A model generated the notes under the pieces. That model ran no database searches. It was not told the origin of the DNA and worked only from the letters and a program-made list of their open reading frames with translations. This document shows positions 45,842 through 55,235 of a DNA stretch of 64,000 nucleotides, piece after piece (position 1 is the stretch's first letter; the number at the start of each line of letters is the position of its first letter). A program made the translations under genes and the position numbers. Where the stretch lies: NCBI GenBank assembly GCA_963838125.1, contig CAWIPT010000007.1, positions 283,487 to 347,486 of the forward strand. The letters run 5' to 3'. This DNA comes from an uncultured Chloroflexia bacterium (lineage in GTDB: Bacteria; Chloroflexota; Limnocylindria; QHBO01).

Positions 45842-47911
45842 ATGGACAGCTACTCGGTGGACGAGGCGGCGGCTGTCCTCGGTATCCCGGAAGGACGCGT
45901 CTGGGAGCTTCTGGCTCGGGGCGTCCTGGCCGGGTCTGCCGAGGTTGGTGGCGACATGCGCGTGTTTTTGCGCGGCGCCACCCTGGTCGAGACGCCTCAA
46001 ACGGACTCCGGCGCGAACAGCTCGAACGGTGGCGGAAACGGCCACGGCGAGCTGTCGCCCTTCCGTGAGCTGCTCACCGAATTCAGAAATCTGACCGAGC
46101 GATACGGACAGGCCCTCCTGGCGCTGGGCGAGTCCCGGGGCGAGGTTGCGGCCCTCCGCGGACGCATGGACCTCCTCGAGGCCCGTATCGATCAGCGCGC
46201 ATCGTGGCCCCCGGCGCCCTCCAGCTGGGCCGCCTCGCCGGGAGAAGCCGAGTTTGCGGCTCCGATGACCGTGGAGCTTCCCGCGCCGGAACCGGTGGCC
46301 GAGCGAGAGCCCGAAGGAGAGCCGGAGCCGGTGGTCGAGCCGATGGCAGACGCCGAGGCCGAGTCCAAGCCCGAACGCGAGCCGGAGCCTGTGGCCGAGC
46401 CGGTGGCGCATGCCGAGCCAGCGGAGGAGCCCCCGCCGGAGCCAGAGCCCGAGCCAGCGACGGCGACCGATTCCGCTGAACATGCAGAGTCCAAGCACGC
46501 CGATCAGCCGAGCAGCGAACCTGAATCCCCGGAGCCGGAGACCGAAGCGGCGAAGCCCGAGTCCCACGCGCGGAGCCGATCCCGCGAGGCCATCGCCGGC
46601 TTTGCCGAAGCACTCGCTCGCGCCGAGGATCCGACCGCAGAGGAAGTCATCGACGGCTTCGAGGAGCTGCCCGGAACACGGGAGACCGCGGATGCGGTCG
46701 CTGCCTATCGACGCGAGACCACTGGCGAGGCCGGGACGGTGGCAGCCGTTGAGCCCGAGCCGGCGCCAGAACCTCCGCCCGTGTCAGTGGTGCGAGAGGG
46801 GTACAGCACCGACACGCCCGAGCCGGACTGGATCGCCGAGGAAGATCTCCTCGTGCCCAGCGGCGCGCTCACCGACGAGGATGAGGATGAGGACGAGGAG
46901 GTCGTGGCCGCCGAGCAGCCGTCCGCCGAGCAGCCGGCACCCGAGCTGGACCCGGCTGAGGAGGAGCCGCAGACCGCCGTAGCAACGGCCGAGGCACTCG
47001 AGCCAATTGCACCACCGGAGCCGATCACGCCGGAAGCGGTCGCATCAGCCGAGCCCGCGGAAGCACCGGAGCCGATCACGACGGTGCCGGACGCCGAGGC
47101 CGAGCCGTTGGACGTGCCAGAGCCGATCGCATCGCATGAGCCGATCGAATTGCCGGCGTCACCGGCGAACCCTGAGCCGGCGGCCCCGATTGAGCCTGCG
47201 ATACCAACTGATCGAACGAAAGCTGAGCCGAGCACATCGCCTCCCCGGCCCGCGTGGCTCGAGCCCGAGGACCTGCCGGAACCAGTCGAGCTGGACGAAC
47301 CGATGGAGTCGGCTGAGCTGATCGCATCGACCGAGCGGATCGAAGCGCGTGAGCCGGTGGCCATGGCAAGCGCCATGGACGTGGCGACGCAAGACCCGAG
47401 TCGGGACGTCGACGAGCCGAAGCCGGTGACGAAGGGAGCGCCCCCGGGCGCGGTCGAGATCGCCGCGGAGCCGCCGGCGTCGGACGATGTTGCCCTGCTC
47501 GTCGGACCGCCGACGCCGGCATTCTCCGAGCCGCCGATCGTTCCCCCCGAGCCGGCATTCTGGGAGCCGGAGGCGTGGTCGCGAGCACCATTTGCCATCG
47601 ACGCCTGGGACACCCATCCGGCCGAGAGCCGCCAGGAGCAGAGGACGACCGCGGTGGCCGAGGAACCGGCGACTTCCGACGCCGCGGCTCCTCCGACAAG
47701 GACCACAGCGCTGCCGGTCGGACCTGATCCCGTGCCGGAGTGGCCCGAGGCCCCTCGGTCATCGGCCGGCTCGGCGGCGCCACCACAGTCCGAAACCACC
47801 GGCGCCGCGGCCGCCCCGGCCGAGGCAGCAAAGCGACTCCGGCCGTCAGGCCGGCGCCGTCGCAGCCCGGCTGCCCGTGCCATCCGCCGTCTCCGGCTGC
47901 TCCTCGACTGA
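45842..47911 (+). CDS. excisionase/MerR-type HTH protein with a coiled-coil and a long acidic Pro/Glu/Ala-rich disordered region
   Basis: 689-aa ORF. N-terminus YSVDEAAAVLGIPEGRVWELLARGVL (HTH_17-like), a heptad segment (FRELLTEFRNLTERYGQALLALGE..), about 500 aa of E/P/A/D-rich low complexity, and a basic tail RRRRSPAARAIRRLRLLLD. Confidence 0.7.
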   Translation: MDSYSVDEAAAVLGIPEGRVWELLARGVLAGSAEVGGDMRVFLRGATLVETPQTDSGANSSNGGGNGHGELSPFRELLTEFRNLTERYGQALLALGESRGEVAALRGRMDLLEARIDQRASWPPAPSSWAASPGEAEFAAPMTVELPAPEPVAEREPEGEPEPVVEPMADAEAESKPEREPEPVAEPVAHAEPAEEPPPEPEPEPATATDSAEHAESKHADQPSSEPESPEPETEAAKPESHARSRSREAIAGFAEALARAEDPTAEEVIDGFEELPGTRETADAVAAYRRETTGEAGTVAAVEPEPAPEPPPVSVVREGYSTDTPEPDWIAEEDLLVPSGALTDEDEDEDEEVVAAEQPSAEQPAPELDPAEEEPQTAVATAEALEPIAPPEPITPEAVASAEPAEAPEPITTVPDAEAEPLDVPEPIASHEPIELPASPANPEPAAPIEPAIPTDRTKAEPSTSPPRPAWLEPEDLPEPVELDEPMESAELIASTERIEAREPVAMASAMDVATQDPSRDVDEPKPVTKGAPPGAVEIAAEPPASDDVALLVGPPTPAFSEPPIVPPEPAFWEPEAWSRAPFAIDAWDTHPAESRQEQRTTAVAEEPATSDAAAPPTRTTALPVGPDPVPEWPEAPRSSAGSAAPPQSETTGAAAAPAEAAKRLRPSGRRRRSPAARAIRRLRLLLD

Positions 47912-47914
47912 ACC

Positions 47915-48397
47915 GTGACGCGCATCCCCGCCCTCGGGCCGAGGGGCGAGGGATGGGTCGCCCTCCAGATCGCACTGCTCGTCCTGGTGGCGGCGCTCGG
48001 GGCGATCTCCCTTCGTCCCGCCGGTGGGCAAGCCGGGGGCCTCGTGGGCATTGGGGTGGGCGTCCTCCTGATGAGCGGAGGCGGGTGGATGGTCATCCGC
48101 GGAGTCCAGAGCCTTGGACGCAGCCGCACAGCGATGCCATTCCCGCGGGATGACGCGTCGCTCGTCACCAGTGCGGCCTACCAGAGAGTCCGCCATCCCA
48201 TCTACATCGGTCTGATCGGACTGGCCGTTGGTTGGGCGTGCGTGACGCTGAGTCCGCTCGCGCTGGTTGCCGCCGTCATGCTGGCCGTGGTTCTCGATCT
48301 CAAGGCGCGCCGGGAGGAGGCCTGGCTCACCGAGCGCTTTCCTGAGTACGCGACCTACCGGGCGCGGACCCGTCGGTTCATCCCTGGGGTGTACTGA
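47915..48397 (+). CDS. isoprenylcysteine carboxyl methyltransferase (ICMT)/phospholipid methyltransferase-like membrane protein
   Basis: 160 aa, 4 TM. Motifs YQRVRHPIYIGL and EEAWLTERF. Starts 3 nt after the preceding gene. Confidence 0.75.
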   Translation: MTRIPALGPRGEGWVALQIALLVLVAALGAISLRPAGGQAGGLVGIGVGVLLMSGGGWMVIRGVQSLGRSRTAMPFPRDDASLVTSAAYQRVRHPIYIGLIGLAVGWACVTLSPLALVAAVMLAVVLDLKARREEAWLTERFPEYATYRARTRRFIPGVY

Positions 48398-48430
48398 CCA
48401 CCCGCCGTCGCGAGCCACTACCATCGGCGA

Positions 48431-49027
48431 GTGATCCCGTATGACTCCCGGACGGCCCTCCTGGTGGTCGACGTCCAGAATGACTTCGCCGATCCGGCCG
48501 GCAGCCTCAGCGTTCGCGGTGGGATGGACCTCATTCCGCGCCTGAACGAGGAGATTCGTGACGCCCTGGATGCCGGGGCGACGGTGATCTACACCCAGGA
48601 CTGGCACCCTCCGTCCACGCCGCACTTCGCCAAGGACGGGGGCATCTGGCCGGTCCACTGCGTCGGCGGGACATGGGGCTCGGAGCTGCACCCCGACCTG
48701 CTCGTGGAAGGCCCCGCGCTCCGCAAGGGCGTGGATGGCAAGGACGGATACTCCGGCTTTTCGCTGCGCGACCCGATTTCGGGCGACACGCACCGGACCG
48801 AGCTAGAGCGCATGCTTCGGGAGCGCGGAGTCGAGCGACTCGTCATCGGCGGCCTGGCCACCGACTACTGCGTGCGTGCGACCGCGTTCGACGCCATCGA
48901 GTTGGGCTTCGAGGCCGTCGTCCTGGAGGATGCGATCGCCGCGGTGGATCTCGAGCCGGGCGATGGGGACCGAGCCGTGGACGAGATGCGCGGGGCCGGC
49001 GTCGTGCTGACCACGACCGAGTTGTAG
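48431..49027 (+). CDS. pncA: nicotinamidase/pyrazinamidase (isochorismatase family)
   Basis: 198 aa. Contains VVDVQNDF, TQDWHP and GLATDYCV (catalytic Cys). Confidence 0.85.
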   Translation: MIPYDSRTALLVVDVQNDFADPAGSLSVRGGMDLIPRLNEEIRDALDAGATVIYTQDWHPPSTPHFAKDGGIWPVHCVGGTWGSELHPDLLVEGPALRKGVDGKDGYSGFSLRDPISGDTHRTELERMLRERGVERLVIGGLATDYCVRATAFDAIELGFEAVVLEDAIAAVDLEPGDGDRAVDEMRGAGVVLTTTEL

Positions 49028-49030
49028 AAC

Positions 49031-49729
49031 GTGCGCGAGATGGAGGTCCTGGGCCTGCCCGCCCGCCGCCTTGGAAACGGCATGGTCGCGTTCGGCGTGG
49101 TCGGTCTGGTGGTCACCGCCATCCTGGCCCTGACCTGGCTGGGCGGGCTGGTCGCGCTGCAGGATCTCGACGACCAACTCGAGGAGGACCGACAGGCAGT
49201 CGCCGTCGCGCTGGGCAACACCGCCGACCTCATGGCCAGCACGGCGACGGCCCTCGAGGACGTCACCGGGTCCATGGACAGCATGGGCGCTGCCCTGACC
49301 GATGCCGCCGATCTGCTCGACCGCCTGGCCGCGACCACCGCGAGCCTGGCCGACTCCCTGAACGTCACGATCCTCGGCCAGCAGCCGTTCGCCGGCGCCG
49401 TCGAGAACCTCGACACCATCGCCGACGACCTCGAGACGTTTGCGGGCCATTCGGGTGACCTCGCGGGCGACCTGGACACCCTGGAGCCTTCGCTGGCGGC
49501 CCTGGCTGCAGACCTGCGAACGGTCGAGGATTCGGTCAACGCCCTGGCCATCCGGGTCGATGAGTTCAGCGGGGTCGAGCGGCTGGTGGGCTTCGTTCGT
49601 CTCTACGTGCTGCTGTCGGCGTTGCTCGCCCTCTGGCTGGCGGTCTTGGCGGCGGGTTGCATCTGGGCTGGTCGGCAGCTCCAGGCGGCCGCGGTCACCG
49701 CGGGCGGCGAGACCACCCCCACCAGCTGA
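49031..49729 (+). CDS. hypothetical bitopic membrane protein with a helical Asp/Leu/Ala-rich ectodomain
   Basis: 232-aa ORF with TM helices near both ends and a non-shadow composition. No family recognised. Confidence 0.55.
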   Translation: MREMEVLGLPARRLGNGMVAFGVVGLVVTAILALTWLGGLVALQDLDDQLEEDRQAVAVALGNTADLMASTATALEDVTGSMDSMGAALTDAADLLDRLAATTASLADSLNVTILGQQPFAGAVENLDTIADDLETFAGHSGDLAGDLDTLEPSLAALAADLRTVEDSVNALAIRVDEFSGVERLVGFVRLYVLLSALLALWLAVLAAGCIWAGRQLQAAAVTAGGETTPTS

Positions 49730-49889
49730 GGGCCGCGCCGCCGACCACGGCCATGGCCCCGAGCACGACCCAGGTCCGGCTCCCGGTCATGAAGCTGGAC
49801 GACACGATCACGTTCAGGCCCTGCAGGATCCAGACCATTCCAGCCAGCGCCACGAGGATGCCGAAGATCACGGGGATCGCCGTGCGCAC
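49695..49889 (-). CDS. possible small 2-TM membrane protein
   Basis: GTG at 49889 gives VRTAIPVIFGILVALAGMVWILQG..VVLGAMAVVGGAALSWWGW. The longer ATG-initiated version has an implausible N-terminus. Overlaps the convergent 3' end of the previous gene. Confidence 0.3.
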   Translation of the reverse strand: MRTAIPVIFGILVALAGMVWILQGLNVIVSSSFMTGSRTWVVLGAMAVVGGAALSWWGWSRRPR

Positions 49890-50050
49890 ACGCGAATGGT
49901 AGACTTCCCGACGATCCGGACCGCTCGTCCGGCGTCCAGAGCCTTTCCCCTCCCCTCCACCACGGTTGTTCGCTGGCTCACGGGGTAACAAGGAAAGACC
50001 CGTGGCCTGCCACCGAGCAAGCGACAACCGGATCGAGTCCAATTCTCACA

Positions 50051-50401
50051 GTGGAGGGTCAGGTGACCTATTCCGACCAGGTTCTCGCGTGTGTTGACTG
50101 CGGGACCGAGTTTGTCTTTTCCGCATCGGAGCAGAGCTTCTTCGCGGAGAAAGGCTTCACATCCCCACCGAAGCGATGTCCGTCGTGCCGCGCCCAGCGC
50201 CGCGCCTCGGGCGGCTACGGTGGCAGCAGCAGCAGCAGCTACGGCTCAGGTGGCGGTTATGGCGGAGGCTATGACCGCGGTCCTCGCGAGATGCACGACG
50301 CCGTCTGTGCACGGTGCGGCAAGGACACCCAAGTCCCCTTCAAGCCCACCGGCGCGCGGCCCGTCTATTGCAGCGACTGCTTCCGACTCGTTCGGGGGTA
50401 G
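50051..50401 (+). CDS. zinc-ribbon protein (two CxxC pairs separated by a Gly/Ser/Tyr linker)
   Basis: CVDCG..CPSCR and CARCG..CSDCF. The architecture matches a widespread small zinc-ribbon family (recalled). Confidence 0.8.
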   Translation: MEGQVTYSDQVLACVDCGTEFVFSASEQSFFAEKGFTSPPKRCPSCRAQRRASGGYGGSSSSSYGSGGGYGGGYDRGPREMHDAVCARCGKDTQVPFKPTGARPVYCSDCFRLVRG

Positions 50402-50444
50402 CTAGACCGATGGCGCCGGCTCCGGCCGGCGCTTCTGGCACACG

Positions 50445-50480
50445 ACGCGGCGCCCATTCGGGCGCCGCGTTCACATTTCT
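50445..50480 (+). terminator. intrinsic-terminator-like hairpin
   Basis: Perfect 11-bp stem ACGCGGCGCCC-attc-GGGCGCCGCGT followed by TCACATTTCT, 44 nt after the zinc-ribbon stop. A second 7-bp GC hairpin lies at about 50413-50432. Confidence 0.55.
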
Positions 50481-50541
50481 GTAACCCGGTATCCCTAGCC
50501 TCGCCCCGAGGCAGAAGGGAACCGATGGGTATCATGCAACG

Positions 50542-52419
50542 GTGACCCACGAACAGGACCTCGACCTGTGGCGTGAGCTTGGTCAGCAGCTGCGCGTGGA
50601 CTCCATCCGCGCCTCGAGCGCCGCGGGGTCCGGCCACCCCACGTCCTCCATGTCGGGCGCCGACCTCATGGCCGTCCTGCTGGCCGGGCACCTGCGCTAC
50701 GACTTCACCCAGCCCGACGACCCGCGCAACGACCACCTGATCTTCAGCAAGGGCCACGCCAGCCCGCTGCTGTACGCGATGTACGTGGCAGCCGGGGCCA
50801 TCGACGAGGACGAGCTGCTGAGCTTCCGCAAGCGAGGGAGCCGGATCGAGGGCCACCCCACACCGGTCCTGCCCTGGGTCGATGTCGCGACCGGATCGTT
50901 GGGGCAGGGCCTGCCGATCGGCGTCGGCGTGGCGCTCGCCGGCAAGCAGCTCGACAAGCTTCCGTACCGGGTCTGGGTCCTGTGCGGCGACAGCGAGATG
51001 GCCGAGGGCTCGATGTTCGAGGCCCTCGAGCACGCCGCGCATGCCGGCCTGGACAATCTCATCGCCATCGTGGACGTGAACCGCCTGGGCCAGACTGGCG
51101 AGACCATGCACGGTTGGGACCTGGACTCGTACCTCCGTCGCGCGCAGGCCGCCGGCTGGCACGGCATCGCCATCGACGGCCACGATGTGGCGGAGATCGA
51201 CCGCGCGTACACCGATGCGGTGGCGACCGAGCTGCGCCCGACCATGATCGTGGCCCGTACCGAGAAGGGCCACGGGGTCAAGGCCGTGGCGAACCAGAAC
51301 GGCTTCCACGGCAAGCCGCTGGCCGATCCCGACGCCGCCATCGCGGAGCTCGGCGGGCTGCGATCGATCCGGGTCACGGCCCACGAGCCGGACCGCTCCA
51401 TCGAGCCGCGGCCGGCTGCGGAGCCAGGAGTCGTCCGTCTCCCCGCCTACGAGGTCGGCACCACTGAAGCCACCCGCCGCGCGTATGGCGACGCCCTGGC
51501 CGCGATTGGGAGCGCGCGGGCGGACGTGGTTGCGCTCGACGGCGAGGTGAGCAACTCGACCTACGCCGAGGTGTTCCGCGAAGCGCATCCCGATCGGTAC
51601 TTCGAGATGTACATCGCCGAGCAGCAGCTCGTCGCCGCGGCAGTCGGCATGCAGGTCCGCGGTTGGCGGCCGTTCGCATCGACCTTCGCCGCGTTCTTCA
51701 CCAGGGCGTACGACTTCATCCGGATGGCGGCCGTCAGCCGGGCGACGATGAGCCTGGTCGGGTCGCACGCCGGTGTCAGCATCGGCGAGGACGGGCCGTC
51801 GCAGATGGCGCTCGAGGACCTGGCCATGATGCGGGCGGTCCACGGCTCGACTGTGCTGTACCCGTCCGACGCGAACCAGGCCGCCGCGCTGGTCGCGGCC
51901 ATGGTCGACCGGCCGGGTATCTCCTTCCTGCGAACGACCCGCGAGAAGACCCCGGTCATCTACCCACCGGGCGAGTCATTCCCCATCGGCGGGGCGCGGG
52001 TCGTCCGCTCGTCCGACGCGGATGACGTCACCCTGGTCGGCGCCGGCATCACCCTCCACCAGGCGATCGCCGCCGCGGACGCGCTGGCCGAGGAGGGCAT
52101 CACGGCGCGGGTCATCGACCTGTACAGCATCAAGCCCATCGACGCGGCCACCCTGCGCGAGGCCGCCGAGGCGACGGGTCACCTGGTCACGGTCGAGGAC
52201 CACTGGGCCGACGGCGGCCTGGGGGACGCCGTGCTCGAGGTGTTCGCCGATGGGGAGGTTCGCCCGCGGATCTCGGTCCTGGCTGTCCGCACCATGCCGG
52301 GATCGGCGACCCCGGCCGAGCAGCTGGCCGATGCCGGCATCGATGCGACGGCGATTGCCCGTGCCGCCCGGGAGCTGGTTGCCGGCGGGACGCCGACTCC
52401 GGCCGCCGTTCGGAGCTGA
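50542..52419 (+). CDS. tkt: transketolase (short, about 620-aa type)
   Basis: 625 aa. GSGHPTSS TPP motif, GDSEMAEG, and the pyrimidine-binding and C-terminal domains are intact. Confidence 0.95.
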   Translation: MTHEQDLDLWRELGQQLRVDSIRASSAAGSGHPTSSMSGADLMAVLLAGHLRYDFTQPDDPRNDHLIFSKGHASPLLYAMYVAAGAIDEDELLSFRKRGSRIEGHPTPVLPWVDVATGSLGQGLPIGVGVALAGKQLDKLPYRVWVLCGDSEMAEGSMFEALEHAAHAGLDNLIAIVDVNRLGQTGETMHGWDLDSYLRRAQAAGWHGIAIDGHDVAEIDRAYTDAVATELRPTMIVARTEKGHGVKAVANQNGFHGKPLADPDAAIAELGGLRSIRVTAHEPDRSIEPRPAAEPGVVRLPAYEVGTTEATRRAYGDALAAIGSARADVVALDGEVSNSTYAEVFREAHPDRYFEMYIAEQQLVAAAVGMQVRGWRPFASTFAAFFTRAYDFIRMAAVSRATMSLVGSHAGVSIGEDGPSQMALEDLAMMRAVHGSTVLYPSDANQAAALVAAMVDRPGISFLRTTREKTPVIYPPGESFPIGGARVVRSSDADDVTLVGAGITLHQAIAAADALAEEGITARVIDLYSIKPIDAATLREAAEATGHLVTVEDHWADGGLGDAVLEVFADGEVRPRISVLAVRTMPGSATPAEQLADAGIDATAIARAARELVAGGTPTPAAVRS

Positions 52420-52433
52420 GGAGGTATCGGTCC

Positions 52434-53538
52434 GTGAACACGCTGCAACGCCTGCACGCCGAGTTCGGCCAGAGCCCGTGGATCGACTCCATCGACCGCG
52501 AGCTGATCGACTCCGGTGGCCTGTCGACCATGATCGGGGACGGGATCCGGGGCCTGACCAGCAACCCGACGATCTTCGCCAAGGCGGTCGCGGCCGGCTA
52601 CTACGACGAGCTCGTTCGCTCGATGCACGAGGACGGCGCCGATGGCCAGGCGATCTACGAGGCCATCGCGGTGGAAGACATCCGCGACGCGGCCGACCTG
52701 CTCCGGTCGGTATACGACGGGGCCGATGGCGCGGACGGCCTGGCCTCGATCGAGGTCGAGCCGGCGCTGGCCGATGACGGAGACGCGACCTTGCGCCGCG
52801 CCCGGGAGCTGTGGTCCGCGGTGGACAAGCCGAACATCTTCGTCAAGATCCCGGCGACCACCGCCGGGTTGCCGGCCATCGAGGCCGCGACCGCCGAGGG
52901 CATCAACGTGAACATCACCCTGATGTTCTCGGTTGACGTCTACCGCGACGTGGCGCGCGCGTACCTCGCTGGCCTGCGCCGCTTCCGCGACGCTGGCGGT
53001 GACATCTCACGGGTGGTGTCGGTGGCGAGCTTCTTCGTCAGCCGGGTCGACACCAAGGTGGACAAGCTGCTGGACGCCCTGGGCACGCGAAGCCGCCGGT
53101 CAGGCGCGCGGGACGGCGGCCGTGGCCAACGCGCAGCTTGCCTACCAGGCCTATGGCGAGATCTTCGGTGGCTCGGAGTTCGCCGACCTGAGGGCCGCCG
53201 GTGCCCGGGTCCAGCGCTGCCTGTGGGCGAGCACCTCGACCAAGGACCCGACCTACCGCGACGTGAAGTACGTCGAGGCGCTCATCGGTCCGGACACGGT
53301 GGACACCATGCCCCGCGAGACGATCGCGGCCATGCTCGACCACGGGGAGCTGCGCCGGACGCTGGACGCGGACTTCGGCGCGGCCGCGTCCGCCATCGCC
53401 GCCATCGAGGAGTTGGGCATCTCCATGCGGCAGGTGACCGACGAGCTCATCGCCGAGGGCGTGGACGCGTTCGCGAAGTCCTTCGACGAGCTGCTCGCGA
53501 CCATCGACCAGAAGCGGCGGGCCCTCGCCACCGCATGA
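52434..53538 (+). pseudogene. tal: transaldolase interrupted by a single 1-nt frameshift
   Basis: N-terminal part (TSNPTIFAKA, FVKIPAT) is in the frame of GTG 52434, with GAGGAGG upstream. C-terminal part (EAAGQARGTAAVANAQLAY..WASTSTKDP..) is in the 52933..53538 frame. The switch is at about 53086-53090 (ggcacg-c-gaagcc). The span is 1,105 nt (3n+1). Confidence 0.85.
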
Positions 53539-55202
53539 CCGATCCGCTCGCCGACGCCGTCGGCTCGCGGCTCGAGCGATGGGCAACCGACCGCGTCGCG
53601 GAACGGCTGTGGGAGCGTGACGGCAGCTTGTGGGCCGCCAGCGGACACTCCGCCCAGGAGGTGGCGGCCTGGCTCGGGTGGCTCGACCTCCCCGAGTCCA
53701 TGTCCGGCAGGGTTGGGGGATTCACCAACCTGGCCGACTCGGTCCATCGCGACGGGTATCGCCGCGCGGCGGTGCTGGGGATGGGCGGCTCGAGCCTCGC
53801 CCCGGAGCTGTTCGGCCGCCTGTTCGACGGGGAAACCGAGCTCCGGGTGTGCGACTCCACCCACCCGGACGCGGTGCGCGGTTTTCGGAGCTGGGCGACG
53901 TCGGCGCGGACCATCCTGTGCGCATCATCGAAGTCGGGCACCACGACCGAGACGCTGGCCTTCCACGCCGCCCTGGCCGATCTTGTTCCGGCCCTCGACT
54001 TCGTGGCCATCACCGACCCGGACACGCCCCTGGCCGAGCTGGCCCGCACCCAGGAGTTCCGCGCCATCGTGGACGGCGAGCCGTCCGTCGGTGGCCGCTA
54101 CTCCGCGCTCTCGGTCTTCGGCCTCGTGCCGGCCGCGCTCCGCGGCCTGGATGTGGCGGCGGTGCTGGCGGAAGCGCGTTCCAGGGCCGATGCCTGCCGG
54201 GCTCCGGCGCCGGACAACTCTGCGCTGATCCTGGCCGCCACCGTTGGGGAGGCCGCGCTTGCCGGTCGGGACAAGCTGACGATCCTGACCACGCCCCGCC
54301 TGACCAGCCTCGGGGACTGGATCGAGCAGCTCGTCGCCGAAAGCCTGGGCAAGGACGGCCGCGGCGTGGTGCCGATCGTCGGCGAGCCGCTGGCGGATGT
54401 CGAGGCGTACAGCGCCGACCGCTGCTTCGTCACGATCTCGCTCGAGTCGGAGCCGGAAGATGGGCTCGCCGACCTGGCCGTCGCGCTCCGGAAGGCCGGG
54501 CACCCGGTGGGCGAGATCCGCCTGGCTCGGCCGGAGGCGGTCGGTGGCGAGTTCGTGCGTTGGGAAGTCGCCACGGCCGCGATGGGTATCGTGCTCGGCG
54601 TCGACCCCTTCGACCAGCCGAACGTGGCCGAGGCCAAGGCGGCGACCGAGGAGCTTCTTCGCACCTTCCGAACCGACGGCGCGATCAAAATGCCGCTGCC
54701 CATCGTGTCCGAGGACGGACTGTCGGCATGGGCCGATCCCGCGGTCCTGGGCGACAAGCCGCCGACCGTCGCCGCTGCTGTTCGGGCCCTGATCGGTGCA
54801 ATCGGTGAGGGCGACTACCTCGCGTTCCTCGCGTACCTCGCCCCTGACCCGGCCGTCGCCGCCGCGCTCGGCCACCTCCGGGCCACGGTCCGTGATGCGA
54901 TTGGCGCGGCGACCACGGCCGGCTTCGGTCCGCGATACCTGCACTCCACCGGCCAGCTGCACAAGGGCGGGCCGGACAGCGGCGTGTACCTCATGCTCAC
55001 GGCCGAACCGGAGCGCGACCTGCCCATCCCCGGACGCGCCGAGTCGTTCGGGACGCTGATCGCTGCCCAGGCCGCCGGGGATTTCGCCGCGCTCCAGGGT
55101 CGAGGCCGGCGGATCCTCCGTCTCCACGCCGCCGACGCCACCGCCGGCCTGGCCCGGGTGACCCAGCTGGTCGAGGAGGCCGTTGGCACCACCGTCGGCT
55201 AG
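53535..55202 (+). CDS. pgi: glucose-6-phosphate isomerase
   Basis: ATG at 53535 overlaps the tal stop (ATGA). 555 aa with SSKSGTTTET and a sugar-isomerase fold pattern. Confidence 0.9.
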   Translation: MTDPLADAVGSRLERWATDRVAERLWERDGSLWAASGHSAQEVAAWLGWLDLPESMSGRVGGFTNLADSVHRDGYRRAAVLGMGGSSLAPELFGRLFDGETELRVCDSTHPDAVRGFRSWATSARTILCASSKSGTTTETLAFHAALADLVPALDFVAITDPDTPLAELARTQEFRAIVDGEPSVGGRYSALSVFGLVPAALRGLDVAAVLAEARSRADACRAPAPDNSALILAATVGEAALAGRDKLTILTTPRLTSLGDWIEQLVAESLGKDGRGVVPIVGEPLADVEAYSADRCFVTISLESEPEDGLADLAVALRKAGHPVGEIRLARPEAVGGEFVRWEVATAAMGIVLGVDPFDQPNVAEAKAATEELLRTFRTDGAIKMPLPIVSEDGLSAWADPAVLGDKPPTVAAAVRALIGAIGEGDYLAFLAYLAPDPAVAAALGHLRATVRDAIGAATTAGFGPRYLHSTGQLHKGGPDSGVYLMLTAEPERDLPIPGRAESFGTLIAAQAAGDFAALQGRGRRILRLHAADATAGLARVTQLVEEAVGTTVG

Positions 55203-55235
55203 GCCATCATCATCGGTACCGAAGAAGGAGAGGTC

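Noticed and set aside
52434-55202. The 922-aa ORF looks like a bifunctional transaldolase-PGI fusion.
   Set aside because: About 150 residues in the middle are Arg/Gly-rich junk. The genuine transaldolase C-terminus is in another frame (52933-53538), with its own stop overlapping the pgi ATG (ATGA). Correcting a single indel gives two normal separate genes.
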